Of a stretch of 64,000 bases of DNA, positions 47,193 through 56,747 are shown one piece after another (positions within the stretch are counted from its first letter, which is position 1; every line of letters begins with the position of its first letter). The DNA is from an uncultured Eubacteriales bacterium (GTDB lineage Bacteria > Bacillota > Clostridia > Oscillospirales > CAG-382): positions 2,626 through 66,625 of the forward strand of contig CAKSCV010000011.1 in the NCBI GenBank assembly GCA_934444645.1. The letters run 5' to 3'. Under the pieces are notes generated by a model. That model did not search any database, was not told the origin of the DNA, and saw nothing but the letters and a program-made list of their open reading frames with translations. Both the position numbers and the translations under genes were made by a program.

Positions 47193-49091
47193 TCATTCCC
47201 ACTCCACTGTAGCCGGCGGTTTACCGGTCACATCATACAGCACAAGTGAAACGACATCGCCGAAGCGTTCGACGATCTCGTCGCGCGCGGCCTTAAGCGC
47301 TTCCACCGGGAAATCCACACCCGGAAACGCCGACTGCGCCGTCATAAAATCGGTCGTGCAGACAGCACGCATGGCAACCGAATACTTCTTTCCCTCATGT
47401 GCCGAGACCGGAACCAGCACGGCAAAGCACTGGGCAATATTTTTATTCATCAAATGCCGCGTTGTGATATCGTCAAGCTCACGCAGCAGCTCTGCCGTTT
47501 CATGGCAGATGTGTGTCGGCGTGCAGACAAGCGGCTTGACACCGGCGGTTTCGTTCAGGCAATAGGTCACACGGTTGATATAATTCAACTCGTTCGGAAT
47601 CTTTTTGGCAAGCGCATACAGCTTTTCCATATCCGTATCTGCCGGATCTTTTGTTCCGTTTTTATTATAGAGAACCGTCATGTTTTTATAGGAACGGTGA
47701 TCGCCCTGCACGCCGACGCTTTGGATCGGTGCAAGGTCGGCCGCATAATCCGCATCCGTCTTTGCCACAAACGCGGTTAACGGCTCTAACTTTTCCTTAA
47801 TATCCGTTTCGGAAAGATTTCGTCCGCTGTGGTCGGTGCACAGAATGCGAACGCCAAGACCGGGACCCGGGAACGGCTGACGCGAAGCGATTGCTTCATC
47901 AAGGCCGAGCATCCGTGCGACCTGTCTGACCTCATCCTTATGCCAGTCCCAGTTGGTCTCGACCACATGACCGCGGTCACGTAATGCACGGATCACGCCG
48001 ACGTCGTTATGGTGTGTTTTGATTTTATGTGCATAGCCGCTTACATCGGGATTGCCGCTTTCAATAAGGTCGGGACGCAAGGTGCCTTGCCCGAGATAGG
48101 CGGTATCGAAATCCAAATTTAACTTTTTGGCGGCTTCTTCGGTCACCACAAAGAACATATGCCCGATGATGGCGCGTTTCTTTTCGGGTTCACAGGTTTG
48201 AGAAAGCGGTGCGTATTTTTCGCCCTCAATGGTGAGAGGCGTGTTGAAAAAAGCGTCCTCTGCGTTGATGCGCTGCATTTGGGTAAGGCCGAGGTCGGCG
48301 AGGTTGGCGCAAATGAGATCGGATTCATTTTTACGCATCATGCCATGGTCGATATGGATGCCATACACTTTATCCGAACCGAGTGCTTTGACAAGAAGTG
48401 CGGCCGTGACCGCCGAATCCACGCCGCCGCTGACAAGCACGATGACCTTGCCGTCGCCGACTTTTTCGCGGATCATGCGAAGGGAGGTTTCGATACGGTC
48501 CTCAAGCGCATAGGTCTGCTTGAAGCCGCAGATGCCGCGCAGGAAGTTTTCGAGCATTTTAACGCCGTTTACGGTTGGATCGACTTCGGGATGGAATTGG
48601 ACGGCGGCAATCTTTTTATCCGCATTATAGATGCCGGCAGTTACACCTTCGGTATCAGCGACCTTAACGAAACCGTCCGCCAGTTTTTCGACGGCGTCGC
48701 CGTGGCTCATAAGAACCTTTTGTTTTGCATCCAGTCCTGCAAAGAGAGGGCATGCCGGGTCAACGGAAATTTCGATCTGGCCGTATTCGGTTTTGAAATT
48801 CGGCACGACCTTGCCGCCGAAATGGTCGTTTACGAGCTGCATGCCGTAGCAGATACCGAGTGTCGGGATGCCGAGGTCAAAAAGATGTTCATCGTATTCG
48901 GGAGCGCCCTTTTCCCAAACGCTGGAGGGGCCGCCGGAGAGAATCATTCCGCCGAAGTTTTTTAATTTCTCGGGATCGACGCCAATCGGGAAAATTTCGC
49001 TTTTCACGCCGAGTTCGCGCACTTTACGGTCGATGACCTTGGTATACTGGCCGCCGCAGTCGAGAATGGCACATTTTTCTTCCATAAGCAT
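47193..49091 (-). CDS. guaA: GMP synthase (glutamine-hydrolysing), long form
   Basis: GATase motif ILDCGGQYTKVIDRKVRELGV...GICYGMQ, ATP-PPase P-loop LVSGGVDSAV, C-terminal ...YDVTGKPPATVEWE. I prefer the start at 49091 (MLMEEK) because of the RBS AGGAA. Confidence 0.9.
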   Translation of the reverse strand: MLMEEKCAILDCGGQYTKVIDRKVRELGVKSEIFPIGVDPEKLKNFGGMILSGGPSSVWEKGAPEYDEHLFDLGIPTLGICYGMQLVNDHFGGKVVPNFKTEYGQIEISVDPACPLFAGLDAKQKVLMSHGDAVEKLADGFVKVADTEGVTAGIYNADKKIAAVQFHPEVDPTVNGVKMLENFLRGICGFKQTYALEDRIETSLRMIREKVGDGKVIVLVSGGVDSAVTAALLVKALGSDKVYGIHIDHGMMRKNESDLICANLADLGLTQMQRINAEDAFFNTPLTIEGEKYAPLSQTCEPEKKRAIIGHMFFVVTEEAAKKLNLDFDTAYLGQGTLRPDLIESGNPDVSGYAHKIKTHHNDVGVIRALRDRGHVVETNWDWHKDEVRQVARMLGLDEAIASRQPFPGPGLGVRILCTDHSGRNLSETDIKEKLEPLTAFVAKTDADYAADLAPIQSVGVQGDHRSYKNMTVLYNKNGTKDPADTDMEKLYALAKKIPNELNYINRVTYCLNETAGVKPLVCTPTHICHETAELLRELDDITTRHLMNKNIAQCFAVLVPVSAHEGKKYSVAMRAVCTTDFMTAQSAFPGVDFPVEALKAARDEIVERFGDVVSLVLYDVTGKPPATVEWE

Positions 49092-49128
49092 GAGGAGAGA
49101 TTCCTTTCCTATCATATCATAATACAAT

Positions 49129-49157
49129 ATTATAACAGTTTATCCGGAGATTTTCAA
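49129..49157 (-). promoter_or_regulatory. Consensus sigma-70 promoter for guaA
   Basis: On the minus strand, TTGAAA, a 17-bp spacer and TATAAT. It lies about 30 bp from the edge of repeat copy E. Confidence 0.6.
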
Positions 49158-49186
49158 GGGGTTAGTATGAACTTTTTGATTTTTTG

Positions 49187-50525
49187 AGAAGCTCCCTTAT
49201 AAAGGTTTTAATTGTTGCGGTGCGAAGATGTCACTGCGGTGTGCTGATTCGAGGTTTGCAAAACCTCAAAGCTTCCTTGAAAGGTTTTAATTGTTGCGGT
49301 GTGAAGCTGCAGCTGCTGTGTGCTGATTCAAGGTTTGCGGAACCTCGAAGCTTCCTGCGAGGGAGAACGGGTTGTCACTTTTTGCATCGTGCAAAAAGTA
49401 ACCAAAAAGCACGCGGGACTCCGTCCTGCGACCTCGATTCAAATCGCCGGTCGATACGGTTTTGAAGCGAAAATGACCGGCGTTCATCAGGTAACCGGCT
49501 ATGCTGAAAACTGCAACTTCGTCGGGTATCGCCGGCAATGATTTGAATCGGTGCGACGCTCCGGCTTTACAGCACAAAATTAGAGCGGACTGCAAAAGAA
49601 CGGCTGTATTCTTTGCAAACAGTAGGTTAAGGGGCGTTGAAAGGGGCGGCGGAGGGTGGAAAAGGATTGCTTTAGATAGTAATAAGGAAAGGTTTGTGCA
49701 AAAGAAATGCTTTTGGTTTGTGAAAATGGGCGTTTTTTGAAACCAGCAAGGAAAGGCTTGTGCAAATGAAGAGCTTTTGTATGTAAAAGGGCAGCTTTTG
49801 AGGGCGGTTCGTAAGCTTTCAGTAACTTTTGGTTTGTATAAATGGAAATTTTTTCGGACAGCGAAGAAAGGCACGTGCAAAAGAAGTTTTTGTGCGTAAA
49901 AATGGCTTTGAGTAAAGTTCGTAAAGCTTTCTGCTAATGAAATTTTCTTGATTCGCGATAAAGGCGTTTTTTGGCTCATGCAAAGCTTGCTGATAAAGAA
50001 AAACTATTTTTCAGCACACCGCAGCAACAACTTCGCACTGCACCAAAGCTAACGTGCAGCTGCAAATTTCATCTGCGAAAACCCACTGTGAGCTTGCAGT
50101 ACAACAATCCATTTTCGAAAAATATCAGTCTTGCGTCTGCTGTACGGTAACCCTTTCGCACCGATTCAAAGCCTTTTCGCCGCCGTTTTGTGGGCAAAAC
50201 CGGTTTCGACAGAAGCCGCCGGAAAACTTTGTAAAATCACTTCTGGCAGAGCTTTGAATCGTCCCCGGAGTCCAGAGGTTCGCAAACCTCTGGCGTGCTT
50301 TTTGGTTCTTTTTGCACGACGCAAAAAGAATAAACCCGTCTCCCTTTCCGGGGAGCTCCGAGGTTTCGCAAACCTTAAATCAGCATACCGCAGCTGCAGC
50401 TTCGCACCGCAACAATTAAAACCTTTTTCAGGGAGTTTCGAGGTTTTGCAAACCTCGAATCAGCGCACATAGCAGGCAACTTCGCACAATCCAATTAAAT
50501 CCTTCCGCCGCCTGCGGCGGCAGAA
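49187..50525 (-). repeat. Foldback-like non-coding mosaic element, copy E (about 1.34 kb, reverse orientation)
   Basis: Full reverse complement of the A/D-type layout. Core at 49557-50155 is bounded by TTGAATCGGTGCGA (49543-49556) and TCGCACCGATTCAA (50156-50169). Confidence 0.9.
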
Positions 50526-50556
50526 ATAATTCCCGGCGTGAAGCCGCTTTTTACTG

Positions 50557-50585
50557 TTGACAAACCGTTCTTTTTGGCGTATGAT
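50557..50585 (+). promoter_or_regulatory. Sigma-70-like promoter for the MBL-fold hydrolase gene
   Basis: TTGACA at 50557-50562, 17-bp spacer, TATGAT at 50580-50585. Confidence 0.55.
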
Positions 50586-50624
50586 ATAAGTTAGAGTTAT
50601 TGACTGTAAAAAAGGAGCATTCAC

Positions 50625-51374
50625 ATGAAACTTACATTTCTCGGCACCAGTCACGGACATCCCGAAGTGCGCCGCTATTGCACCTCGGTTTATGTGGAAC
50701 ATAACGGCTTTGGCTTTGTGGTGGATGTCGGCGCACCGGTCGAATACCTTTTCAAAAACCGCGGCATCGAAACCGAAAAGGTTAAAGCTTATTTCCTCAC
50801 CCATATGCATTCCGACCATGCCGATACGCTCGGTTCGGTGGCAAAAAGCTATCTTGGCTATCATAAAACCGGCGACGCGGACGTCTTTTTTGCCGAAGAT
50901 GCCGCCATCGACCCGTTCTGCGCTTGGATGACCGCCTTGCATATGCCGCTTGACCGCCATCATGACCGCTTCCGCCTGCACACCACAAGCGAAGGCGTTA
51001 TCTACGAAAACTACGGCTTACGCGTTTCGGCCATCCGTACCGAGCATATCGCGCCGAATGTGCCGACTTTTGCCTATCTTTTTGAAGCGGACGACGGCAA
51101 ACGCGTGCTGTTCACGGGCGATCTCGCCTACGATTTCCACGATTTCCCGAAAATCGCTTTTGAAACCGAAAAACCGTTCGACCTCATTGTGTCGGAATTG
51201 ACGCATCTGTCGGCGGATAAGGCAAAAACCGTGCTTGTCAACGCCAAAACGCGCCTTATGATCTTTTCGCACGTCACGCCGACACACAATTTGGTGCTTC
51301 TCGAACGCGAAAATATCCGCTTCCCGTTTGTGCATATCGTTGCGTGCGACGGTTTTGAATATTATGTGGTTTGA
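50625..51374 (+). CDS. MBL-fold metallo-hydrolase
   Basis: HMHSDH metal-binding motif. 249 aa. RBS AAGGAG. Confidence 0.8.
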   Translation: MKLTFLGTSHGHPEVRRYCTSVYVEHNGFGFVVDVGAPVEYLFKNRGIETEKVKAYFLTHMHSDHADTLGSVAKSYLGYHKTGDADVFFAEDAAIDPFCAWMTALHMPLDRHHDRFRLHTTSEGVIYENYGLRVSAIRTEHIAPNVPTFAYLFEADDGKRVLFTGDLAYDFHDFPKIAFETEKPFDLIVSELTHLSADKAKTVLVNAKTRLMIFSHVTPTHNLVLLERENIRFPFVHIVACDGFEYYVV

Positions 51375-51401
51375 CGGAGAAACTGATAAAGGAGAAGGAT
51401 A

Positions 51402-51956
51402 ATGTTTGTATCGCAAAACAAAACCGCCAAAGAAGCTCTTGTGGTGGTGGATTACCAAAACGATTTTGTAGACGGTACGCTCGGCTTTGCCGGTGCGGAA
51501 ACGTTAGAGGACGGCATTTGCGCCGAAATCGAACGCGTGCGCAAGGCCGGCGGCGATGTGCTGTTTACCTTTGATACGCACGCCGCAAGTGCCGATGAAT
51601 ATCTGCAAACGCCCGAAGGCAAGGCTTTGCCTGTGCCGCATTGCCTAAGCGGTTCGGCCGGACACGCATTGTACGGCAAGGTCGCCGAAAGCGTCCAACC
51701 GGACGACGTGCGCATTTTTAAGCCGTCCTTCGGCTCGCCTGCCCTTGCCGAAATTTTGCAGAAACGCGGCTATGCCAAAATCACCTTTGTCGGACTTGTC
51801 AGCCATATTTGCGTGATTTCCAATGCCATGCTTGCCAAGGCTTTTTGCCCGAACGCCGAAATCTGCGTGCTTTCTTCGCTGACTGCCGCGGCTGACGCAT
51901 CCTTGCATGAGGCGGCGTTGGCGGTCATGCGTTCGGTCCAGATTAAAGTTTTATAA
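51402..51956 (+). CDS. pncA: Isochorismatase-family nicotinamidase
   Basis: VVVDYQNDFVDG motif and catalytic Cys region GLVSHICV. Directly upstream of pncB. Confidence 0.75.
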   Translation: MFVSQNKTAKEALVVVDYQNDFVDGTLGFAGAETLEDGICAEIERVRKAGGDVLFTFDTHAASADEYLQTPEGKALPVPHCLSGSAGHALYGKVAESVQPDDVRIFKPSFGSPALAEILQKRGYAKITFVGLVSHICVISNAMLAKAFCPNAEICVLSSLTAAADASLHEAALAVMRSVQIKVL

Positions 51957-51980
51957 AAAAACGAAGCGAGGTTTTCTTTT

Positions 51981-53420
51981 ATGACGGAACAGAATTATAC
52001 GCTGTTATGCGATTTTTACGAGCTCACCATGGGCGGCGGCTATTTCAAAAACGGCCTTGTCGATCGCGTCACCTACTTCGACGTGTTCTTTCGAAATGTG
52101 CCGGATAACGGCGGGTTTGCTGTCTGTGCCGGTCTTGAACAGATAATTAACTATATTAACAATTTGCATTTCGATAAAAGAGATATCGATTTTCTTCGCT
52201 CCAAAGGCCTCTTTGACGAGGATTTCCTTGCTTATCTTGCCGATTTGCGCTTCACCGGCGATATCTATGCGATTCCCGAGGGAACGCCGATTTTCCCGGG
52301 AGAACCGATTTTGACGGTTCGTGCGCCGGCGGTGCAGGCTCAGCTGATCGAAACATATGTTCTTCTTGAGCTTAACCACCAATCGCTCATCGCCACCAAG
52401 GCAAACCGCATTGTCCGCGCCGCCAAAGGCCGTCCGGTGCTGGAATTTGGGTCACGCCGCGCGCACGGTGCGTCTGCGGCAATCGTCGGTGCGCGCGCGG
52501 CCTATATCGGCGGCTGCGCCGGAACGGCATGCACGGTGACCGAAGAGCAATTCGGCGTCCCGGCAGGCGGCACGATGGCACATTCGTGGATCCAGATGTT
52601 CGATACGGAATATGAGGCCTTTTGCGCCTATTGCAGGATGTATCCGCATGGCGCGGTGCTGCTTGTGGACACCTACAACACGCTCGAAAGCGGCGTTCCC
52701 AACGCCATTCGCGCATTTAAAGAGATCCTTGTGCCGCAGGGCATTAACGATTTCGGCATTCGGCTGGATTCGGGCGATATCGCGTATCTCACCAAAAAAG
52801 CACGCAAAATGCTCGACGATGCCGGTCTTACCACGGCAAAAATCGTGGTTTCCAACGCGCTCGATGAATATCTCATCAACGACCTGCTGTCTCAGGGCGC
52901 CTGCATCAACACCTTCGGCGTCGGCGAACGGCTGATCACCGCCAAGAGCGATCCGGTCTTCGGCGCGGTGTACAAGCTGGCTGCTTTGGAAAACCCGGAC
53001 GGCACCATTGTCCCGAAGATCAAGCTCAGCGAAAACACCTCTAAAATCACCACGCCGCACTTCAAAAAGGTCTACCGCTACTACGACCGCGCTACCGGCA
53101 AGGCTTTGGCAGATGAAATGTGCCTGCATGACGAAACGGTGGACACAGCGTCGCCGCATACCATTTTTGATCCGGCGGAGACCTGGAAAACCAAAACACT
53201 CGAGGATTTTGACGCACGCGAGCTGCTTGTTCCGATCTTCAAAGACGGCAAGCAGGTCTACACCTCCCCCTCTGCCAAAGAGATCCGCGCCTATTGTCTT
53301 GCGCAGATCGACACGCTGTGGGATGAAGTGACGCGCTTTGAAAACCCGCACAACTATTATGTGGATCTTTCGCAGAAGCTGTGGGACATCAAGATGAATT
53401 TGATCAAAAAGCCGCAGTGA
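51981..53420 (+). CDS. pncB: Nicotinate phosphoribosyltransferase
   Basis: LLCDFYELTMGGGYF N-terminus, GSRRAHG and GTMAHSWIQ motifs. 479 aa. Confidence 0.88.
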   Translation: MTEQNYTLLCDFYELTMGGGYFKNGLVDRVTYFDVFFRNVPDNGGFAVCAGLEQIINYINNLHFDKRDIDFLRSKGLFDEDFLAYLADLRFTGDIYAIPEGTPIFPGEPILTVRAPAVQAQLIETYVLLELNHQSLIATKANRIVRAAKGRPVLEFGSRRAHGASAAIVGARAAYIGGCAGTACTVTEEQFGVPAGGTMAHSWIQMFDTEYEAFCAYCRMYPHGAVLLVDTYNTLESGVPNAIRAFKEILVPQGINDFGIRLDSGDIAYLTKKARKMLDDAGLTTAKIVVSNALDEYLINDLLSQGACINTFGVGERLITAKSDPVFGAVYKLAALENPDGTIVPKIKLSENTSKITTPHFKKVYRYYDRATGKALADEMCLHDETVDTASPHTIFDPAETWKTKTLEDFDARELLVPIFKDGKQVYTSPSAKEIRAYCLAQIDTLWDEVTRFENPHNYYVDLSQKLWDIKMNLIKKPQ

Positions 53421-53448
53421 TGTGACGACCAAGAAAGAAGGAATGTTT

Positions 53449-55233
53449 ATGAAAACCGATGTTTCACGTGAAACGATATACCACGAGACCGAATTTTGCG
53501 TTATTGGCGGCGGTCTTGCCGGGCTCTCGGCAGCCATCGCTGCAGCGCGCAAAGGAACGAAAACCATTTTGGTTCAGGACAGACCCATGCTCGGCGGCAA
53601 CGCCTCCAGCGAGATTCGCATGTGGGTGCGCGGCGCACACGGAAAGAACAATATGGAATCCGGTATTGTCAGCGAACTGGATTTGGAAAACAACTATGTC
53701 AACCCGTATCTTAACTTTTCCGTCTGGGATTCGGTTCTGTACAGCGCCGCCGTGCGCGAGCCGAACTTAACGCTGATGCTCAACACCTCCTGCTTAGACG
53801 CCCATGCGGAAAACGACGTTATTCAAACGGTCACCTGTTGGCAATTGACAACATACACCTTCCACACGATTCGTGCCGAGGTGTTTGCCGACTGCTCGGG
53901 TGACAGCATTTTGGCACCGCTTGTCGGCGCAAAGTGGACAAAGGGTCGCGAGGCACGTGCCGAATACAAGGAAAGCATTGCACCTGAACACGCGGATTTG
54001 CGGACCATGGGAATGTCCTGCTTGATTCAGGCACGGGAGCACAGCGAAAAGGTGCGGTTTGTTAAGCCGGAATGGGCGCATACATATGAAACGGATGAGG
54101 CACTTCCCCATCGTACACATTCCATGAAGAACAAGAACAACAATTTCTGGTGGATCGAGCTCGGCGGCGAAGATGACAGCCTTGCCGACACGGAAAAGCT
54201 GCGCGAGGAGTTATTAAAGGTGGCTCTCGGCGTATGGGATCACATCAAAAACCGCGGAAATCACGATGCAGACAACTGGGAGCTTGAATGGATCGGCTTT
54301 TTGCCGGGCAAGCGTGAAAGCCGCCGATACATCGGTGCACACGTTCTGACACAGAACGATGTGGAGAGCGGCGGCAAATTTGACGATATTGTCGGCTACG
54401 GCGGCTGGACGATGGATGACCACAATCCGGCAGGCTTCCGTCATGTCGGCGAACCGACCATTTATCATCCGGCACCCAGCCCGTTCGGCATTCCCTACCG
54501 CAGTCTGTATTCGGCCAACATTCACAACCTGCTATTTGCCGGACGCAACATCAGCGCCACGCATGCCGCGCTTTCTGCCACACGTGTGATGGCAACCTGC
54601 GCCATTCTCGGCCAGGCGGTGGGAAATGCGGCGGCATTATGCGTCAAATACGGCTGCGAGCCGAGCGGCGTCTATACCGAACACATGGAAGAGCTGCAGG
54701 CAGAGCTGCTGTACGATGGCTGCTATCTGCCGGGGCACGTGCGCAAGATCGACGAATGCAATCTGCACGCTGCCACCGATCTGAACCGTGCGGACTATCA
54801 GCTTCTGTTCAACGGCAAGGAGCGGCCGGATGAAAACGATTCGGTCAATTATGTTTCACGTGGAACCGGCACGTGGATCTCCATTGTTTACGACAAACAG
54901 CCGGTGGAGGGTGTGGTGCGTTTGGTGCTCGATCCGGACTACTCGCGCGAATCGATCAGCGATAATTACGAATATCGCCGCTATTCCATGCGCAGCAATA
55001 TGCCGCTAACCTTCCAGCCGCTCAAAATGCCGGCGCACTTGGCAAAAAAACTCCGCGTTATTGCCGTTATGGAGGACAACAGCAAAAAAGTTTTGTATCA
55101 ATCGGAGGAAAACTGTCGACATCTGCTGTTTTTGCCGACCGGCGGCAGGATTCAGGCGCTGCGCGTCTATTTTGACGGTGCATGGCAGAGTGATGAAACG
55201 CGTATTTATGCGCTTGAGTTGGTACAGCGGTAA
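53449..55233 (+). CDS. FAD-dependent oxidoreductase (FAD_oxidored-type)
   Basis: Dinucleotide-binding motif CVIGGGLAGLSAAIAAARKG. The ATG at 53449 follows the RBS GAAGGAA. Confidence 0.75.
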   Translation: MKTDVSRETIYHETEFCVIGGGLAGLSAAIAAARKGTKTILVQDRPMLGGNASSEIRMWVRGAHGKNNMESGIVSELDLENNYVNPYLNFSVWDSVLYSAAVREPNLTLMLNTSCLDAHAENDVIQTVTCWQLTTYTFHTIRAEVFADCSGDSILAPLVGAKWTKGREARAEYKESIAPEHADLRTMGMSCLIQAREHSEKVRFVKPEWAHTYETDEALPHRTHSMKNKNNNFWWIELGGEDDSLADTEKLREELLKVALGVWDHIKNRGNHDADNWELEWIGFLPGKRESRRYIGAHVLTQNDVESGGKFDDIVGYGGWTMDDHNPAGFRHVGEPTIYHPAPSPFGIPYRSLYSANIHNLLFAGRNISATHAALSATRVMATCAILGQAVGNAAALCVKYGCEPSGVYTEHMEELQAELLYDGCYLPGHVRKIDECNLHAATDLNRADYQLLFNGKERPDENDSVNYVSRGTGTWISIVYDKQPVEGVVRLVLDPDYSRESISDNYEYRRYSMRSNMPLTFQPLKMPAHLAKKLRVIAVMEDNSKKVLYQSEENCRHLLFLPTGGRIQALRVYFDGAWQSDETRIYALELVQR

Positions 55234-55358
55234 AATCGGCTGCGTGAATGGCTTGAAGTAAAACGAATGAAACGGATTCGGAAGGGTTTTTTCGGATCCG
55301 TTCTTTTTGCGGGTTTATGCGGCATAAACTGTATCAAAACGTTTTTGGAGGAAAGTTT

Positions 55359-56489
55359 ATGCTGCACCCGTATGGTTCGTTTGATGGTCTGTGTAAGCCG
55401 CGCTATCCGCTTTCCGTGCCGACGGCGCGTTCATTTGCGGCTTTTGCGGAAAGTGACGGCGGCGTGCCGCGTTCGCCGCAGGATTTATATCGCGCGTACA
55501 GTCTGCCGGACGGTGATTCGGCAGGGTACGGCGTGACGGTTGCCGTGGTGGCGGCGTTTTACGCAAGCGGCGCATATCTGCAAAGCGATTTCGACGCGTT
55601 TAACAGCGCGTTCGGTTTGCCCGCGGCGGTTCTCGAGATCTTATACAGCCGCAGCGGAGCGGATGAAACCGGCGACGGGCAAAGCGGCCGCGCGGCGGAC
55701 TCTTGGCGTTTGGAAGCGACGGCGGATGTTTCGTGGCTGCACGCTGTTGCGCCGGGAGCAAAGATCTTATGCGTGCTTGCGCCGAACGCTGCAATAACAT
55801 CGCTCATGCAGGCGGTGCTCGTTGCTGCCGAAAAGGCGGACATCGTTTCCATGAGCTTCGGGAGTGCGGAGTTTGACACGCAGAGGACGTTTGACGAAGC
55901 CCTGTGTGCAACCGGAAAGTGTTTTGTCGCGTCCTCGGGTGATGCGGGCGGCGCGGTGTGCTATCCGTCGGCATCGGCATCGGCTGTCAGCGTCGGCGGC
56001 GCGGTATTTCATCGCAACCCGGTGAACGGGCGCGTATTTTCGTATTCGGCGTGGGAGAACGGCGGCGGCGGACCGAGCTTGTATACCGGTATACCGGAAT
56101 GGCAGAGGCGGTTTGTACCGATTGCTGCCATGAGCGGCGACCGGCGCGCAACCCCCGATATAGCACTCGACGCGTGCCCTTCGCCGGGCTATGCGGTGTA
56201 TGACCGCGCGGCGGACACGTTTCGCGGTATTTGCGGCACCAGCATCGGTGCGCCGGTATTTTCCGGGCTTTTGGCACGGCACATGGCGAGCTGCGGCCGG
56301 AGGCTCACGGCGGCTGAAGCTGGTAAAGCGCTATATGCGGCTGCCGGAAGCGATTTTTACGATTCCGAACGGGCGAAAGCAAGCTATTATGATGTGATTC
56401 TCGGCTCGAACGGCCGGTTTGAGGCACGCATCGGATACGATTTCTGCACGGGCTTGGGAGTGCCGCTTGGGAAAATGTCTGATTTATGA
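55359..56489 (+). CDS. S53 (sedolisin/kumamolisin-like) serine peptidase domain protein
   Basis: WRLEATADVSWLHAVAPGA, SSGDAGG and ICGTSIGAPVFSG motifs. No obvious signal peptide or long prodomain. Confidence 0.6.
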   Translation: MLHPYGSFDGLCKPRYPLSVPTARSFAAFAESDGGVPRSPQDLYRAYSLPDGDSAGYGVTVAVVAAFYASGAYLQSDFDAFNSAFGLPAAVLEILYSRSGADETGDGQSGRAADSWRLEATADVSWLHAVAPGAKILCVLAPNAAITSLMQAVLVAAEKADIVSMSFGSAEFDTQRTFDEALCATGKCFVASSGDAGGAVCYPSASASAVSVGGAVFHRNPVNGRVFSYSAWENGGGGPSLYTGIPEWQRRFVPIAAMSGDRRATPDIALDACPSPGYAVYDRAADTFRGICGTSIGAPVFSGLLARHMASCGRRLTAAEAGKALYAAAGSDFYDSERAKASYYDVILGSNGRFEARIGYDFCTGLGVPLGKMSDL

Positions 56490-56656
56490 CGGTTTTGTTA
56501 ACCTCAATAGCGTTGTGCGCCGGTGCGGCGTGGCTGTGCATGGCGGAAGAAGAGGTGTTTTTTAAGGAAAAAATGGGGATTTTGCCGAAAAATTCCCGGT
56601 TCCCGTCACTTTTTCATCAGCTAATGTTACTTTTGTGTTACAATTAAAAAAAACTA

Positions 56657-56685
56657 TTGCAAAATATACAATATTGATATAAAAT
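56657..56685 (+). promoter_or_regulatory. Candidate promoter of the S-layer gene
   Basis: TTGCAA at 56657-56662, 17-bp spacer, TAAAAT at 56680-56685. The 5' UTR of about 60 nt contains the hairpin AGACTCGTATACAAGTCT. Confidence 0.45.
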
Positions 56686-56747
56686 AAGACTCGTATACAA
56701 GTCTATTTTGTGTAGGCGTACAAATTATTTTGCAGGAGGAATCCAAT

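Noticed and set aside
49187-49345. Tandem units of about 78 bp, each containing a strong palindrome (also at 13080-13200, 16550-16660 and 2600-2810), could look like a CRISPR array.
   Set aside because: The stretches between palindromes are themselves conserved between units and between loci, so they are not unique spacers. Arrays have only 1-3 units. The palindrome is a perfect 18-bp hairpin embedded in a larger inverted-repeat element. No cas genes are in the window.
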